Shown here in pieces: positions 1 through 12,052 of a DNA stretch of 64,000 nt; positions within the stretch are counted from its first letter, which is position 1; each line of letters opens with the position of its first letter. The stretch comes from Pristiophorus japonicus. Taxonomy: Eukaryota. The position numbers and the translations under genes were made by a program. The notes beneath the pieces were generated by a model. The model saw only the letters and a program-made list of their open reading frames with translations. It was not told the DNA's origin and ran no database searches. Where the stretch lies: NCBI RefSeq assembly GCF_044704955.1, contig NC_091988.1:44578001-44642000 (forward strand), given 5' to 3'.

Positions 1-260
1 CCGTTATAATAATAGCCCCTGATGCTCCGGGGGCTCTCGTCCAGTCGGTAATCATTCAGCTTCCGCCGGGTGAGCTCGTGCCAGAAACCCGCGTCCAAAG
101 CGCTGCCGAACGGCGCAAACTGCAGGGACGGCCGCTCCGAGCCCGTGCGCTCCATCCCGGACACTTCCGCACTCCGGCTGTCCGGCCGCCCGTCAGCCCG
201 GCGTCATCGCGTCACTCGGCCTCAACCCGGCGCGGCGGCGCGATGACATCACCGCCAAAG
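1..260. promoter_or_regulatory. CpG-island-like GC-rich segment, possible housekeeping promoter
   Basis: High CpG density. ETS-type CACTTCCG at 162-169 and CRE/ATF-like GCGTCA and TGACATCA motifs. No recognisable TE coding motif. Confidence 0.4.
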
Positions 261-285
261 CTCCCCAATTCCTCACGCACGCAGA

Positions 286-1590
286 ACAACTTGGATATTA
301 CATAACGCCTTTAAAACGTCCCCAGGAGTGTTTTAAGACAAAACAAATACATTTGATACCGAGCCACATAAGAAGAAATTACGGCAGGGCTTGGGTCAAA
401 GAGGTAGGTTTTAAGGAGCGTCTTGAAGGAGGAAAGTGAGGCGGAGAGGTTTAGGCAGGGAGTTCCAGAGTTTGGGGCCCAGGCAACAGAAGGCACGGCC
501 ACCGATGGCTGAGCGATTCTAATCAGGGATGCTCAGGAGGGCAGAATTAGAGGAGTGCAGACATCTCGGGGGTTGGGGCTGGAGGAGATTACAGAGATAG
601 GGAGGGGGCAAGGCTATGGAGGGATTTGTAAACAAGGATGAAGAGGTGTTGCTTAACCGGAAGTCAATATAGGGCAGCGACCACAGGGGTGATGGGTGAG
701 CGGGACTTGGTGCGAGTTAGGACATGGGCAGCCAAGTTTTGGATCACCTCTCGTTTATGTGGGGTGGAATAGTCAAGTCTAGAGGTAACAACGGCATGGA
801 TGAAGGCTTCAGCAGCGGATGAGCTGAGGCAAGGGCGGAGACGGGCGATGTTACAGAGGCGGGAATAGGTGGTCTTAATTATGCTGCGGATATGTGGTTG
901 AAAGTTTATTTCAGGGTCAAATATGACACCTAGGTTGCGAACAGTCTGGTTCAGCCTCAGACAAAAGTTGGGGAGAGGGATGGAGTCAGTGAACAGGGAA
1001 CGGAGATTGTGGCGGGGACCGAAAAGAATGGCTTCGGTCTTCCCAATATTCAATTGGAGAAAGTTTCTGCTCATCTAGAACTGGATGTCGGATAAGCAGT
1101 CTGACAATTTATAGACCGTGGAGCAGTCGAGAGAAGTGGTGGTGAGGTAGAGCTGGGTGTCATCGGCGTACATGTGGAAACTAATGCTGTGTTTCCGGAT
1201 GATGTCACTAAGGGGGAAACATGTAGATGAGAAATAGGAGGGGGCCAAGGATAGATCCTTGGGGGACACCAGAGATAACGATGCGGGGGCGGGAAGTGAA
1301 GCCATTGCAGGTGATTCTCTGGTGACTATTAGATAGATAAGAATGAAACCAGGCAAATGCAGTCCCACCCAGTTGGATGACGGTTGAGAGGCATTGAAGA
1401 AGGATTGAATGGTCAATTGTGTCAAAGGCTGCAGACAAGTCAAGAAGAATGAAGAGGGATAGTTTGTCTTTGTCACAGTCACAAAGGATGTGATCAAAAT
1501 GACTTTGCTGAGAGCCGTTTCGGTACTGTGACAGGTGCAGAAACCAGATTGGAGGACTCAAACATGGAATTGCGGGAAAGATGGGCACAG
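286..1590 (-). mobile_element. L2-type LINE 3' fragment (degenerate RT)
   Basis: Frameshifted RT motifs [48 protein letters not shown] and C-terminal FKTLLKTYLF. L2-like tail near 286; a second L2 tail at about 1595-1677. Confidence 0.85.
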
Positions 1591-1677
1591 GCACCAACAA
1601 CAACTTGTATTTATATAGCGCCTTTAACATAATAAATGCGCCCCAAGGCACTTCGCAGGAATGTTATAAGACAAAAA

Positions 1678-2245
1678 GGGGGAGAAATTCAAATCGTTTG
1701 CGCCTGGAGGCTAACCAGTAGTGCCCCGGGCCGCTGCACCGGCAATGACGACGTCATCAACATGCGTAGCGACCCATTTATGCCGCCGAGCAAAAATATG
1801 GTAGCGCCCCGTGAGGCTGCCGCGGGCAATGTACGCACCTTCCTTGCTGGTCACGAACCGGGCTTCAGTCAGCATGCGGGATGAAAAAGGGGAGGTGCAA
1901 TACCGATATTTTTTAAAATGGGTGACTTAACCGGTTGTGGCCTTGCCATCTTGAAATCACGGGGTCTGTGCGGCGATATTGCAGCCCGGCACTCTGTATC
2001 TGTGCCGGGCTGCTGCCACAGCACCCTGCTCCCCAGTGGTGCAGTGGTGGCCCCCTCTTCCCGGTGCAGAGTCCGCAGCGTGCCCTTCCCGTTAATGGAA
2101 TGGGAGGGCTCTGTGATCACACCAGCGCTACGCACCTCTCCGCACCGCACTGTAAAATTCCTGCAGTTAGCACCCCTGTCCCGCCCCTGAGAGGAAGTCA
2201 AGCATACGATATTGCGCTCGGGGATGGTAACTCCAATTTAGCTGC
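1678..2245. mobile_element. GC-rich MITE-like element (Harbinger-type terminus)
   Basis: Begins GGGGGAGAAATT, matching the TIR of the 13111-17001 element. Non-coding; right end degraded and approximate. Confidence 0.45.
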
Positions 2246-2266
2246 TGGGGCTGGACATTTTGCACC

Positions 2267-2516
2267 TGTCACAGGAAGTATGGCCTCGCAGCGGAACCGT
2301 GGCAATACTGCTTGTACTATTACAAGGTGTGCCACCAGAGGGCACCGCAGTGGGAGACTTGCAGGTTACCTTTACAGGTGTGCCTGGCCTAGTATAAAAG
2401 GCAGGCCACCAGGTGTGATCCTCACTGGAGTTATCAATAAAGGACTAAGGTCACTAGAGTTCAAGTACAACACATTGCCTCGTGGAGTCATTATCAGAGC
2501 ATCTAAAGACATAACA
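2267..2516 (+). mobile_element. Solo LTR
   Basis: TG...CA termini, TATAAAA and AATAAA. Close match to the LTRs at 51599-51831 and 52268-52501. Confidence 0.75.
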
Positions 2517-2713
2517 CCCTCCTGCCTTTCCCTGCCTCTGCATTTGCTTAAAATCTGTTACATTTCTAGCTTTTTCCAGTTCCAACGAAAGGCCATTGAC
2601 CTGAACCGTTAATTCTGTTTCTCTCGCAACAGATGCTGCCTGACTTCCTGAGTATTTGCAGCAATTTTTGTTTTTATTTCAGATTTCCAACATCCGCAGT
2701 ATTTTGCTTTTGT
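2517..2713 (+). repeat. Penelope-like terminal repeat remnant
   Basis: Motif ...ACGAAAGGCCATTGACCTGAACCGTTAA...ACAGATGCTGCCTGAC..CTGAGTATTT..AGCA resembles Penelope pseudo-LTRs recalled from shark genomes (recall, not search). Confidence 0.45.
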
Positions 2714-2759
2714 AATGTCTTTTCTACTTGGATTTCAACAAAGTTTAAAAACACACAAA

Positions 2760-3090
2760 AAGAAAGACTTGCATTTATATTGCACTTCTCATGACTACCG
2801 GACGTACCAAAGCCCTTTACAGACAATGAAGTACTTTTTTTGAAGTATAGTCACTGTTGTAATGTATGAAATGCAGCAGCTAATTTTCACACTGCAAGCT
2901 CCCACAAACAGCAATGTGATAATGACCGGATAATTCGTTCTTTTTTTAAGCAGTGTTGATTGAGCGATAAATATTGGCCAGGACACCTGGGATAACTCCC
3001 CAGCTCTTCTTTGAAATAGTGCCATGGGATCTTTTACAGCCACCTGAGAAGATGGCACGGGTGGATGAAAGTCTCATCTGAAAGACAGCT
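2760..3090 (-). mobile_element. SINE fragment with L2-type tail (DeuSINE-like)
   Basis: L2-like tail (TTGCATTTATAT) plus central GCCATGGGATCTTTTAC..CCACCTGAG and GTCTCATCTGAAAGAC, resembling the Deu domain. Confidence 0.5.
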
Positions 3091-5195
3091 TCCACATGCT
3101 CCCGGCGAAGAGACTCGAGGTGTTCGGCGCCTTCCCAGATGCTTCTCCATTTTGAGTGGTCTTGGGCCAGGGATTCCCAGGTATCGGTGGGGATGTCGAT
3201 TGCTGGACTGACCACCACCTATTCCACTCTGTCATTTCCATCAATGTAGCCCCAAAACAGCAGTGGCAAGAGAGACACTGCCGCAGGAAAATCAACGCTG
3301 GAGCACTCAGACCCTGCTAAGAAAGCCCTATTCAGCCAGCGCCTCACAACTAACCTGATGACTTCCATTGAACCGGAGACGCAGAGTGTCCACAGTGCCT
3401 GGTCTGCCCTCAAGGCCTGCATAATTAGCACCTGTGAAGCGACGCTTGTTCACTCCACCAGGAAACATCAAGACTGGTTTGACGAGAACGACCAGGAGAT
3501 CCAGGAGCTGATAAGCCGCAAGCACAAGGCATTCTTGAACTGGAAACAGCAACACAACTCGAGAGCAAGAAAGCAGCTCCACAGACGTCTGAAGGCCGAG
3601 GTCCAACATAAAACTCGTGACCTAAAGAACAGATAGTGGGTGGAAAAAGCGCAAGAGATCCAGCAACTAGCTGACAACCATGATGTGTGTGGATTCTTTA
3701 GCACAGTCAAGACCACCTATGGCCCAAACTCCCAAGGTCCTATCCAACTGAGGGCCAAGAAAGGAGAGGTACTCATCAAGGACAGAGAGGCAGTCAGTGC
3801 CCGCTGGAAGGAGCACTTTGAAGATCTCCGTAACCGAGACTCTGTCTTCGGTGTGAGTGTCCTGGACTCCATCCCACAGCATGCTACTCATCACCACCTC
3901 AGCACAACCCCAGCCCAGCATGAGGTTGAAAAGGCCATACGACAACTGAAGAACAACATGGCCTCAGGAGCAGATGGAATCCCCGCCGAAGCACTAAAGC
4001 ATGATGGAGAAGCACTATTGGCACGAATCCATGAACTCATTTCTCTTATTTTGAAGGAGGAAAGCATGCCAGGGGATCTGAGAGATCATCAAGAAAGGCG
4101 ACAAGTCTGATTATGGTAATTACAGAGTAGTTTCCCTGCTGTCTGCCACAGGGAAAGTCATCGCAAGAATCCTCCTCAATCACCTTCTCCCAGTGGCTGA
4201 AGACATCCTTCCAGAATTGCCATGCAGATTCCGCCCACTAAGGGGCACAATGGACATGATCTTCACTGTGCGTCAAATTCAAGAAAAATGCAGGGAGCAG
4301 CACCAGCCTTTGTATGTGGCCGCCTTTGACCTCACAAATACCTTCAACATTGTCAACCGGGAGGGATTATGGAGTGTCCTCCTCAAATTCAGCTGCGCCT
4401 CAGACCCAATACACGTGTGGACCGGGGTCAAGCAAGGCTGTGTCATTGCACCAATGCTCTTCTCGATCTTCCTTGCTGCAATGCTCCATCTCACTCTCAA
4501 TAGGCTCCCCGCTGGAGTGGATCTAATCTGCAGAACAAATGGTAAACTGATCAACCTCTGTCACCTCCAGTCCAGATCCAAGATCACCCCACCCTCTGTC
4601 ATTGAATTACAGTATGCAGACGACGCTTGCGTTTGCGCACACTCGGAGGTCGAACTCCAAACCATCGTCAACACCTTCACCGAAGTGTATGAGAGTACGG
4701 GCCTTACACTAAACATCCGTAAGACAAAGGTTCTCTACCAACCTGCCTCCGCCACACAGTACTCCCCCCACCCCCCATTATCAAGATCCATGACGAGGCC
4801 TTGGACAACCTGGACCATTTTCTATATCCCGGGAGCCTACTGTCAACAAGGGCAGATGTCGATGACGAAGTCCAACACCGTCTTCAGTGTGCCAGTGCAG
4901 CCTTCGGCCGCCTGAGAGGGTGTTTGAAGACCGGGACCTCAAACCCGGCACCAAGCTCATGGTCTACAGAGCTGAAGTGATAGCCGCCCTCCTATATGTT
5001 TCAGAGACATGGACTATGTACAGCAGGCACATCAAAGCACTGGAGAAGTATCACCGACGCTGCCTCCGGAAGATCCTGTAAATTTGGTGGCAGGAACGCC
5101 AGTGTTCTCGCTCAGGCCAACATCCCCAGCATCGAAGCATTGACCACGCTCAATCAGCTCTGATGGACGGGCCACATCGTCTGCATGCCCGATAC
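3091..5195 (+). mobile_element. RTE-clade LINE, degenerate ORF
   Basis: ASGADGIPAE, RGTMDMIFTVRQIQEKCREQ, GVKQGCVIAPMLF, LQYADD and ETWTMY motifs across frameshifts. An inverted C-terminal piece lies at about 3091-3200. Confidence 0.85.
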
Positions 5196-5196
5196 T

Positions 5197-5396
5197 TGAT
5201 AAGTGCAGCTCCAGCAGCACTCCAGAAGCTCAACACCATCCAAGACAAAGCAGCCCGTTTGATTGGTACTCTATCCACAACCTTAAACATTCACGCTCTC
5301 CATCACCAGCATACCGTGACTGCAGTGTGTACCATCTACAGGGTGCACTGCAGCAACTCACCAAGGCTTCTTCGGCAGCACCTCCCAAACCCACGA
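5197..5396 (+). mobile_element. CR1/L2-group LINE 3' fragment, left half (interrupted by provirus)
   Basis: LQKLNTIQDKAARLIG...LRQHLPNPR. Continues at 12787; same family as 56852-57545. Confidence 0.75.
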
Positions 5397-5455
5397 TGAT
5401 TTAAGCTGAGTGGACCTAGTGAAATACAAGGTCGACACTTAACCTTAACCTTAAA

Positions 5456-5952
5456 GTTGGTGAGAGAGGAGCGACCTATAAAAGGCCCAGCGGGAGATCA
5501 AGAGTCAGCGGCAGTTGGTGAGAGGGAAGCGACCTATAAAAGGCCCAGCGGGAGATCGAGAGCCAGCGGCAGTTGGTGAGAGGGGAGCGACCTATAAAAG
5601 GCCCAGCGGGAGATCGAGAGTCAGCGGCAGTTGGTGAGAGGGGAGCGACCTATAAAAGGCCCAGCGGGAGATCGAGAGCCAGCGGCAGTTGGTGAGAGGG
5701 GAGCGACCTATAAAAGGCCCAGTGGGAGATCGAGAGCCAGCGGCAGTTGGTGAGACGCGGGACCAGCTTATAAAAGGCCCAGCGGGAGATCGAGAGCCAG
5801 CGGCAGTTGGTGAGAGGGGAGCGGCCTATAAAAGGCCCAGCGGGAGATCGAGAGCCAGCGGCAGTTGGTGAGAGGGGAGCGGCCTATAAAAGGCCCAGCG
5901 GGAGATCGAGAGCCAGCGGTAGTTGGTGAGGAGGGTGCGGCCTATAAAAGGC
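5456..5952 (+). repeat. Tandem 58-bp monomer array in the CR1 5'UTR (about 8.5 units)
   Basis: Unit GTTGGTGAGAGGGGAGCGACCTATAAAAGGCCCAGCGGGAGATCGAGAGCCAGCGGCA starts at 5456, 5514, 5572, 5630, 5688, 5746, 5806, 5864 and 5922. Confidence 0.95.
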
Positions 5953-8900
5953 GTACCGGTGCAGCTACAGCGGGAGAGAAAGCAAAATAGAAGTAGAAAG
6001 GAATCAAAAAGTGACGTCACAGCCAATGGGGTAAGTGATTGGTGAGTAGCTTTTCTTTTTATTTTTTATATCAGTAAGTGAACTTTAGCATTGTTACTAC
6101 CAATTTAAGGGTATCTAAGGGTTAAGAAATGGCAGGAGAGCTCGGTCACGTGATATGCTCCTCCTGTACCATGTGGGAACTCGGGGACACTTCCGGTGTC
6201 CCTGGGCGCTACGTGTGTGGGAAGTGTATCCGCCTTGAGCTCTTGATGGTCCGCGTTGCGGAATTGGAGCTGAGGGTGGATTCACTCTGGAGCATCCACG
6301 ATGCTGAGAATGACGTGAGTATCACGTGTAGTGAGTTGGTCTTACCGCAGGAGAAGGATCCACAGCCAGATAGGGAATGGAAGACCAGCAGGAAGAGCAG
6401 TGCAAGAAAGATAGTGCAGGGGTACCCTGTGGTCATTCCCCTGCAAAACAGATACACTGCTTTGAGTACTGTTAGGGGGATGACTCATCAGGGGAGGGCA
6501 GCAGCAGCCAAGTTCATGGCACTGTGGCTAGCTCTGCTGCACAGGAGGGCAGGAAAAAGATTGGGAGCGCGATAGTGATAGGGGATTCGATGGTGAGGGG
6601 AATAGATAGGCGTTTCTGCGGCCGCAACCGAGACTCCAGGATGGTATGTTGCCTCCCTGGTGCAAGGGTCAAGGATGTCTCGGAGCGGGTGCAGGACATT
6701 CTGAAATGGGAGGGAGAACAGCCAGTTGTCGTGGTGCACATTGCTACCAACGACATAGGTAAAAAAAAAAGGGATGAGGTCCTACGAGACGAATTTAAGG
6801 AGCTAGGAGCTAAATTAAAAAGTAGGACCTCAAAAGTAGTAATCTCGGGATTGCTACCAGTGCCACGTGCCAGTCAGAGTAGGAATCGCAGGATAGCGCA
6901 GATGAATACGTGGCTTGAGCAGTGGTGCAGCAGGGAGGGATTCAAATTCCTGGGGCATTGGAACCGGTTCTGGGGGAGGTGGGACCAGTACAAACCGGAC
7001 ATTCTGCACCTGGGCAGGACCGGAACCAATGTCCTAGGGGGAGTGTTTGCTAGTGCTGTTGGGGAGGAGTTAAACGAATATTGCAGGGGGATGGGAACCT
7101 ATGCAGGGAGATAGAGGGAGACAAAAATGAGGCAAAAGCAAAAGACAGAAAGGAGATGAGGAAAAGTGGAGGGCAGAGAAACCCAAGGCAAAGAACAAAA
7201 AGGGCCACTGTACAGCAAAATTCTAAAAGGACAAAGGGTGTTAAAAAAGCAAGCCTGAAGGCTTTGTGTCTGAATGCAAGGAGTATCCGCAATAAGGTGG
7301 ATGAATTAACTGTGCAAATAGATGTTAACAAATATGATGTGATTGGGATTACGGAGTCGTGGCTCCAGGATGATCAGGGCTGGGAACTCAACATCCAGGG
7401 GTATTCAACATTCAGGAAGGATAGAATAAAAGGAAAAGGAGGTGGGGTAGCATTGCTGGTTAAAGAGGAGATTAATGCAATAGTTAGGAAAGACATTAGC
7501 TTGGATGATGTGGAATCTATATGGGTAGAGCTGCAGAACACTAAAGGGCAAAAAACATTAGTGGGAGTTGTGTACAGACCTCCAAACAGTAGTAGTTGGG
7601 GAGGGCATCAAACAGGAAATTAGGGGTGCAGCAGTTATAATGGGTGACTTTAATATGCACATAGATTGGGCTAGCCAAACTGGAAGCAATACGGTGGAGG
7701 AGGATTTCCTGGAGTGCATAAGGGATGGTTTTCAAGACCAATATATCGAGGAACCAACTAGGGGGGAGGCCATCTTAGACTGGGTGTTGTGTAATGAGAG
7801 AGGATTAATTAACAATCTCATTGTGCGAGGCCCCTTGGGGAAGAGTGACCATAATATGGTGGAATTCTGCATTAGGATGGAGAATGAAACAGTTAGTTCA
7901 GAGACCATGGTCCAGAACTTAAAGAAGGCTAACTTTGAAGGTATGAGGCGTGAATTGGCTAAGATAGATTGGCGAATGATACTTAAGGGGTTGATTGTGG
8001 ATGGACAATGGCAGACATTTAGAGACCGCATGGATGAATTACAACAATTGTACATTCCTGTCTGGCGTAAAAATAAAAAAGGGAAGGTGGCTCAACCGTG
8101 GCTATCAAGGGAAATCAGGGATAGTATTAAAGCCAAGGAAGTGGCATACAAATTGGCCAGAAATAGCAGCGAACCTGGGGACTGGGAGAAATTTAGAACT
8201 CAGCAGAGGAGGACAAAGGGTTTGATTAGGGCAGGGAAAATGGAGTACGAGAAGAAGCTTGCAGGGAACATTAAGGCGGATTGCAAAAGTTTCTATAGGT
8301 ATGTAAAGAGAAAAAGGTTAGTAAAGACAAATGTAGGTCCCCTGCAGTCAGAATCAGGGGAAGTCATAACGGGGAACAAAGAAATGGCAGACCAATTGAA
8401 CAAGTACTTTGGTTCAGTATTCACTAAGGAGGACACAAACAACCTTCCGGATATAAAAGGGGTCAGAGGGTCTAGTAAGGAGGAGGAACTGAGGGAAATC
8501 TTTATTAGTCGGGAAATTGTGTTGGTGAAATTGATGGGATTGAAGGCCGATAAATCCCCAGGGCCTGATGGACTGCATCCCAGAGTACTTAAGGAGGTGG
8601 CCTTAGAAATAGCGGATGCATTGACAGTCATTTTCCAACATTCCATTGACTCTGGATCAGTTCCTATCGAGTGGAGGGTAGCCAATGTTACCCCACTTTT
8701 TAAAAAAGGAGGGAGAGAGAAAGCAGGGAATTATAGACCGGTCAGCCTGACCTCAGTAGTGGGTAAAATGATGGAATCAATTATTAAGGATGTCATAGCA
8801 GCGCATTTGGAAAATGGTGACATGATAGGTCCAAGTCAGCATGGATTTGTGAAAGGGAGATCATGCTTGACAAATCCTCTGGAATTTTTTGAGGATGTTT

Positions 8901-10131
8901 CCAGTAAAGTGGACAAAGGAGAACCAGTTGATGTGGTATATTTGGACTTTCAGAAGGCTTTCGACAAGGTCCCACACAGGAGATGAATGTGAAAAGTTAA
9001 AGCACATGGGATTGGGGGTAGTGTTGACGTGGATTGAGAACTGGTTGTCAGACAGGAAGCAAAGAGTAGGAGTAAATGGGTACTTTTCAGAATGGCAGGC
9101 AGTGACTAGTGGGGTACCGCAAGGTTCTGTGCTGGGGCCCCAGCTGTTTACATTGTACATTAATGATTTAGACGAGGGGATTAAATGTAGTATCTCCAAA
9201 TTTGCGGATGACACTAAGTTGGGTGGCAGTGTGAGCTGCAAGGAGGATGCTATGAGGCTGCAGAGTGACTTGGATAGGTTAGGTGAGTGGGCAAATGCAT
9301 GGCAGATGAAGTATAATGTGGATAAATGTGAGGTTATCCACTTTGGTGGTAAAAACAGAGAGACAGACTATTATCTGAATGGTGACAGATTAGGAAAAGG
9401 GAAGGTGCAACGAGACCTGGGTGTCATGGTACATCAGTCATTGAAGGTTGGCATGCAGGTACAGCAGGCGATTAAGAAAGCAAATGGCATGTTGGCCTTC
9501 ATAGCAAGGGGATTTGAGTACAGGGGCAGGGAGGTGTTGCTACAGTTGTACAGGGCCTTGGTGAGGCCACACCTGGAGTATTGTGTACAGTTTTTGTCTC
9601 CTAACTTGAGGAAGGACATTCTTGCTATTGAGGGAGTGCAGCGAAGATTCACCGGACTGATTCCCGGGATGGTGGGACTGACCTATCAAGAAAGACTGGA
9701 TCAACTGGGCTTGTATTCACTGGAGTTCAGAAGAGTGAGAGGGGACCTCATAGAAACGTTTAAAATTCTGACGGGTTTGGACAGGTTGGATGCAGGAAGA
9801 ATGTTCCCAATGTTGGGGAAGTCCAGAACCAAGGGTCACAGTCTAAGGATAAGGGGTAAGCCATTTAGGACCGAGATGAGGAGAAACTTCTTCACCCAGA
9901 GAGTGGTGAACCTGTGGAATTCTCTACCACAGAAAGTAGTTGAGGCCAATTCACGAAATATATTCAAAAGGGAGTTAGATGAAGTCCTTAATACTCGGGG
10001 GATCAAGGGGTATGGCGAGAAAGCAGGAAGGGGGTACTGAAGTTTCATGTTCAGCCATGAACTCATTGAATGGCGGTGCAGGCTAGAAGGGCTGAATGGC
10101 CTGCTCCTGCACCTATTTTCTATGTTTCTAT
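5456..10131 (+). mobile_element. Full-length CR1 LINE (frameshifted ORF1 and ORF2) inserted in the proviral LTR
   Basis: ORF1 about 6129-7078 (CxxC..CxxC, leucine zipper, GDS/TND/HL esterase). ORF2 about 7081-10040 (LNARSI, GITE, GDFN, SDH, VPQGS, FADD). TTCTATGT tail. Confidence 0.95.
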
Positions 10132-10391
10132 ACCCCTCTGGATGGACTAAGTGAAATATAAAGCCGACTAGTAGAGATGACAGACTTCAATTGGAGGTTC
10201 AAAACGGTGTTTATTCACAGGCCTGGGGAGAACCTTCTAAGACCGCTCTCAGATCCTACTCCACCGAGATGTTAACGAATTTCATATTTATACATTTAAC
10301 AGTCCATCACTTCCGTAGCCTATCCTGTGTGACATCTTACGCTATTCCCTATATTCGCGGTTAATCTTATTTCTTCTTGTAAGCTTATTTC

Positions 10392-11793
10392 CCTCTCTTC
10401 CTCCTCCTTTGTTCCAGCAATCTACCTTCTTATGTTCTGGCTTGTTACAATTATGGCAAGTGGGTCTTGAATCTGATGCTAGCTGGACATTCCCCCCTTG
10501 TTTCTGTTTGCATTCCTTGGCGAAATGTCCTTACCCCCCCCCCCCCCCCCCCCGCAAGCATAACAGCTTGCTATTCCTACGGCTTCTTCCTGCCCCTCAA
10601 CTCTTCGGCGGCAGCTATCTTAGCCTTTTGCATGTTATCCACCTTGGTTGCCCACCTAATTCAATCATCATAGTTGTTCATTGTAACAATTCCTAATCGT
10701 GTGGTTGCCTGATGTGCGGGACCTAACCTGATGATTGTAGAAAACATTGATTATCCCTAGTGGGGTTTAGAGCGCCGGAACAGTCCACAAACCTTTCCCA
10801 ATCCATTTGCTATAATCTACAGCAGATTCTCCTTTGTCTTGAGTTATATTGGTTATAGCTGCCCAGTTTACCGGAGCTGGTCCCATCACCCCCTCTACTG
10901 CAAGTTTAAAGACGTTATAGTCATTGTCCGCCTGTTGTTGTGGGATATTTAACATCTGACACCAGGTTCCGTCCCGAAAGTTCTAGCCTAATCGGTCCCA
11001 GTGGTCGTCCGGGATTTTTGCTCGCACTAACTGGTCGCAGTCCTTATTGTGCAAATTATAGCTAATCCTTAATTCCCTCATTTTTTGCCAAAACGGGTAG
11101 TTATTTTCTCATGGCTGTAGTTGGGGTAATTTATCCACCAACATTTGTCTCTCTAGTGGTTTAAAAGGTTGGTACGTGGTTCGGATTACCGGGGGCCCTT
11201 GTGGAACTGGTGGGACCGGGGGGTTTGCTTGTTGGTCGTCTGGGATTGCGGGTGTTCCGGGGATTAACTTGGGTCTTTATCGGGGCCACTTTTATCTCGC
11301 GGGGCACTGGATTGTAGGGTGATGGGAGATTATTTTCTTCTGGCAAGGACGATGGCTCCGGCCAGTCTTTTTCCCTATTATACTCGAATGCTTCCTTTCC
11401 CAACCTATCCCAATCCATGATATCATCCCCGGGTATTTTCGGATACAAAGGCGTACTGCTAGGGCTGGCGGTTGCTATCGGGTTTCTCTTCCCTCCCCCT
11501 TTGGGAGGTGTTGCTCCCTTCCTTGTCCGTTCCTCCTCTTCCCTTTGTTTCAACTCCTTACACTGTTTCTGGTAGCACGCTAAGATTACCACTCCCCCTT
11601 TTCCCTCCTTATCTTTGGTTTGTCCCCTCCACCAAGCCCTTTGGTTTTCTGCACTGGCTTCGGGATCCCACCCTTTCTTTTTCATGATTTTAATGAGTTT
11701 CTGATTTTTGGCCGCTAAGTAGCGCGTAACAGAGTCGGGATCTCCCCAAGGGAATGGTCCCTCCTCCTTTATTTTCAAGTCTTTCTTAGACAT
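10392..11793 (-). pseudogene. Retrovirus-like gag (disrupted)
   Basis: Basic N-terminus; proline-rich PLYPKIP and PSPY segments; MHR-like QDKGESAVDY; two CCHC knuckles, CYACG..GHFAKEC (10510-10565) and CHNCNKPEHKKVDC (10417-10458). Confidence 0.75.
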
Positions 11794-12052
11794 CCTAGAT
11801 ATTACCCGTCTTTCCAAGAATTCTTATTTTGCCTCGCACGTATTTATAGGATTTTGCCGCCTTCCCGGCTAACCAGACCGCACCTCTTCCTCGAGTCTGT
11901 CTCCCCTGGTTCTTTTAGTCGCAGCCTTACTGGTTCTCACAGTACGTTCTGAGCTTTCTAGTTTATGGATGGTAATTTAAAATGTACTCACTCTCTCTAG
12001 CTCAACGTTCCAGTGAACCGCAAGAGCCTACGATCCAACTGACTGCGCCAAA

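Noticed and set aside
1636-2612. ORFs in GC-rich MITE and LTR sequence (also 50177-50827 and 61078-61787)
   Set aside because: They cross element boundaries, have no recognisable motifs and are expected by chance at high GC.
5456-5952. CRISPR array
   Set aside because: Units are head-to-tail with no unique spacers, there are no cas genes, and the array is the 5'UTR of a eukaryotic LINE. The same applies to 39562-39835.
10535-10553. Poly-C run as a programmed recoding site (also 54581-54590)
   Set aside because: More simply explained by homopolymer slippage or sequencing error in decayed elements.
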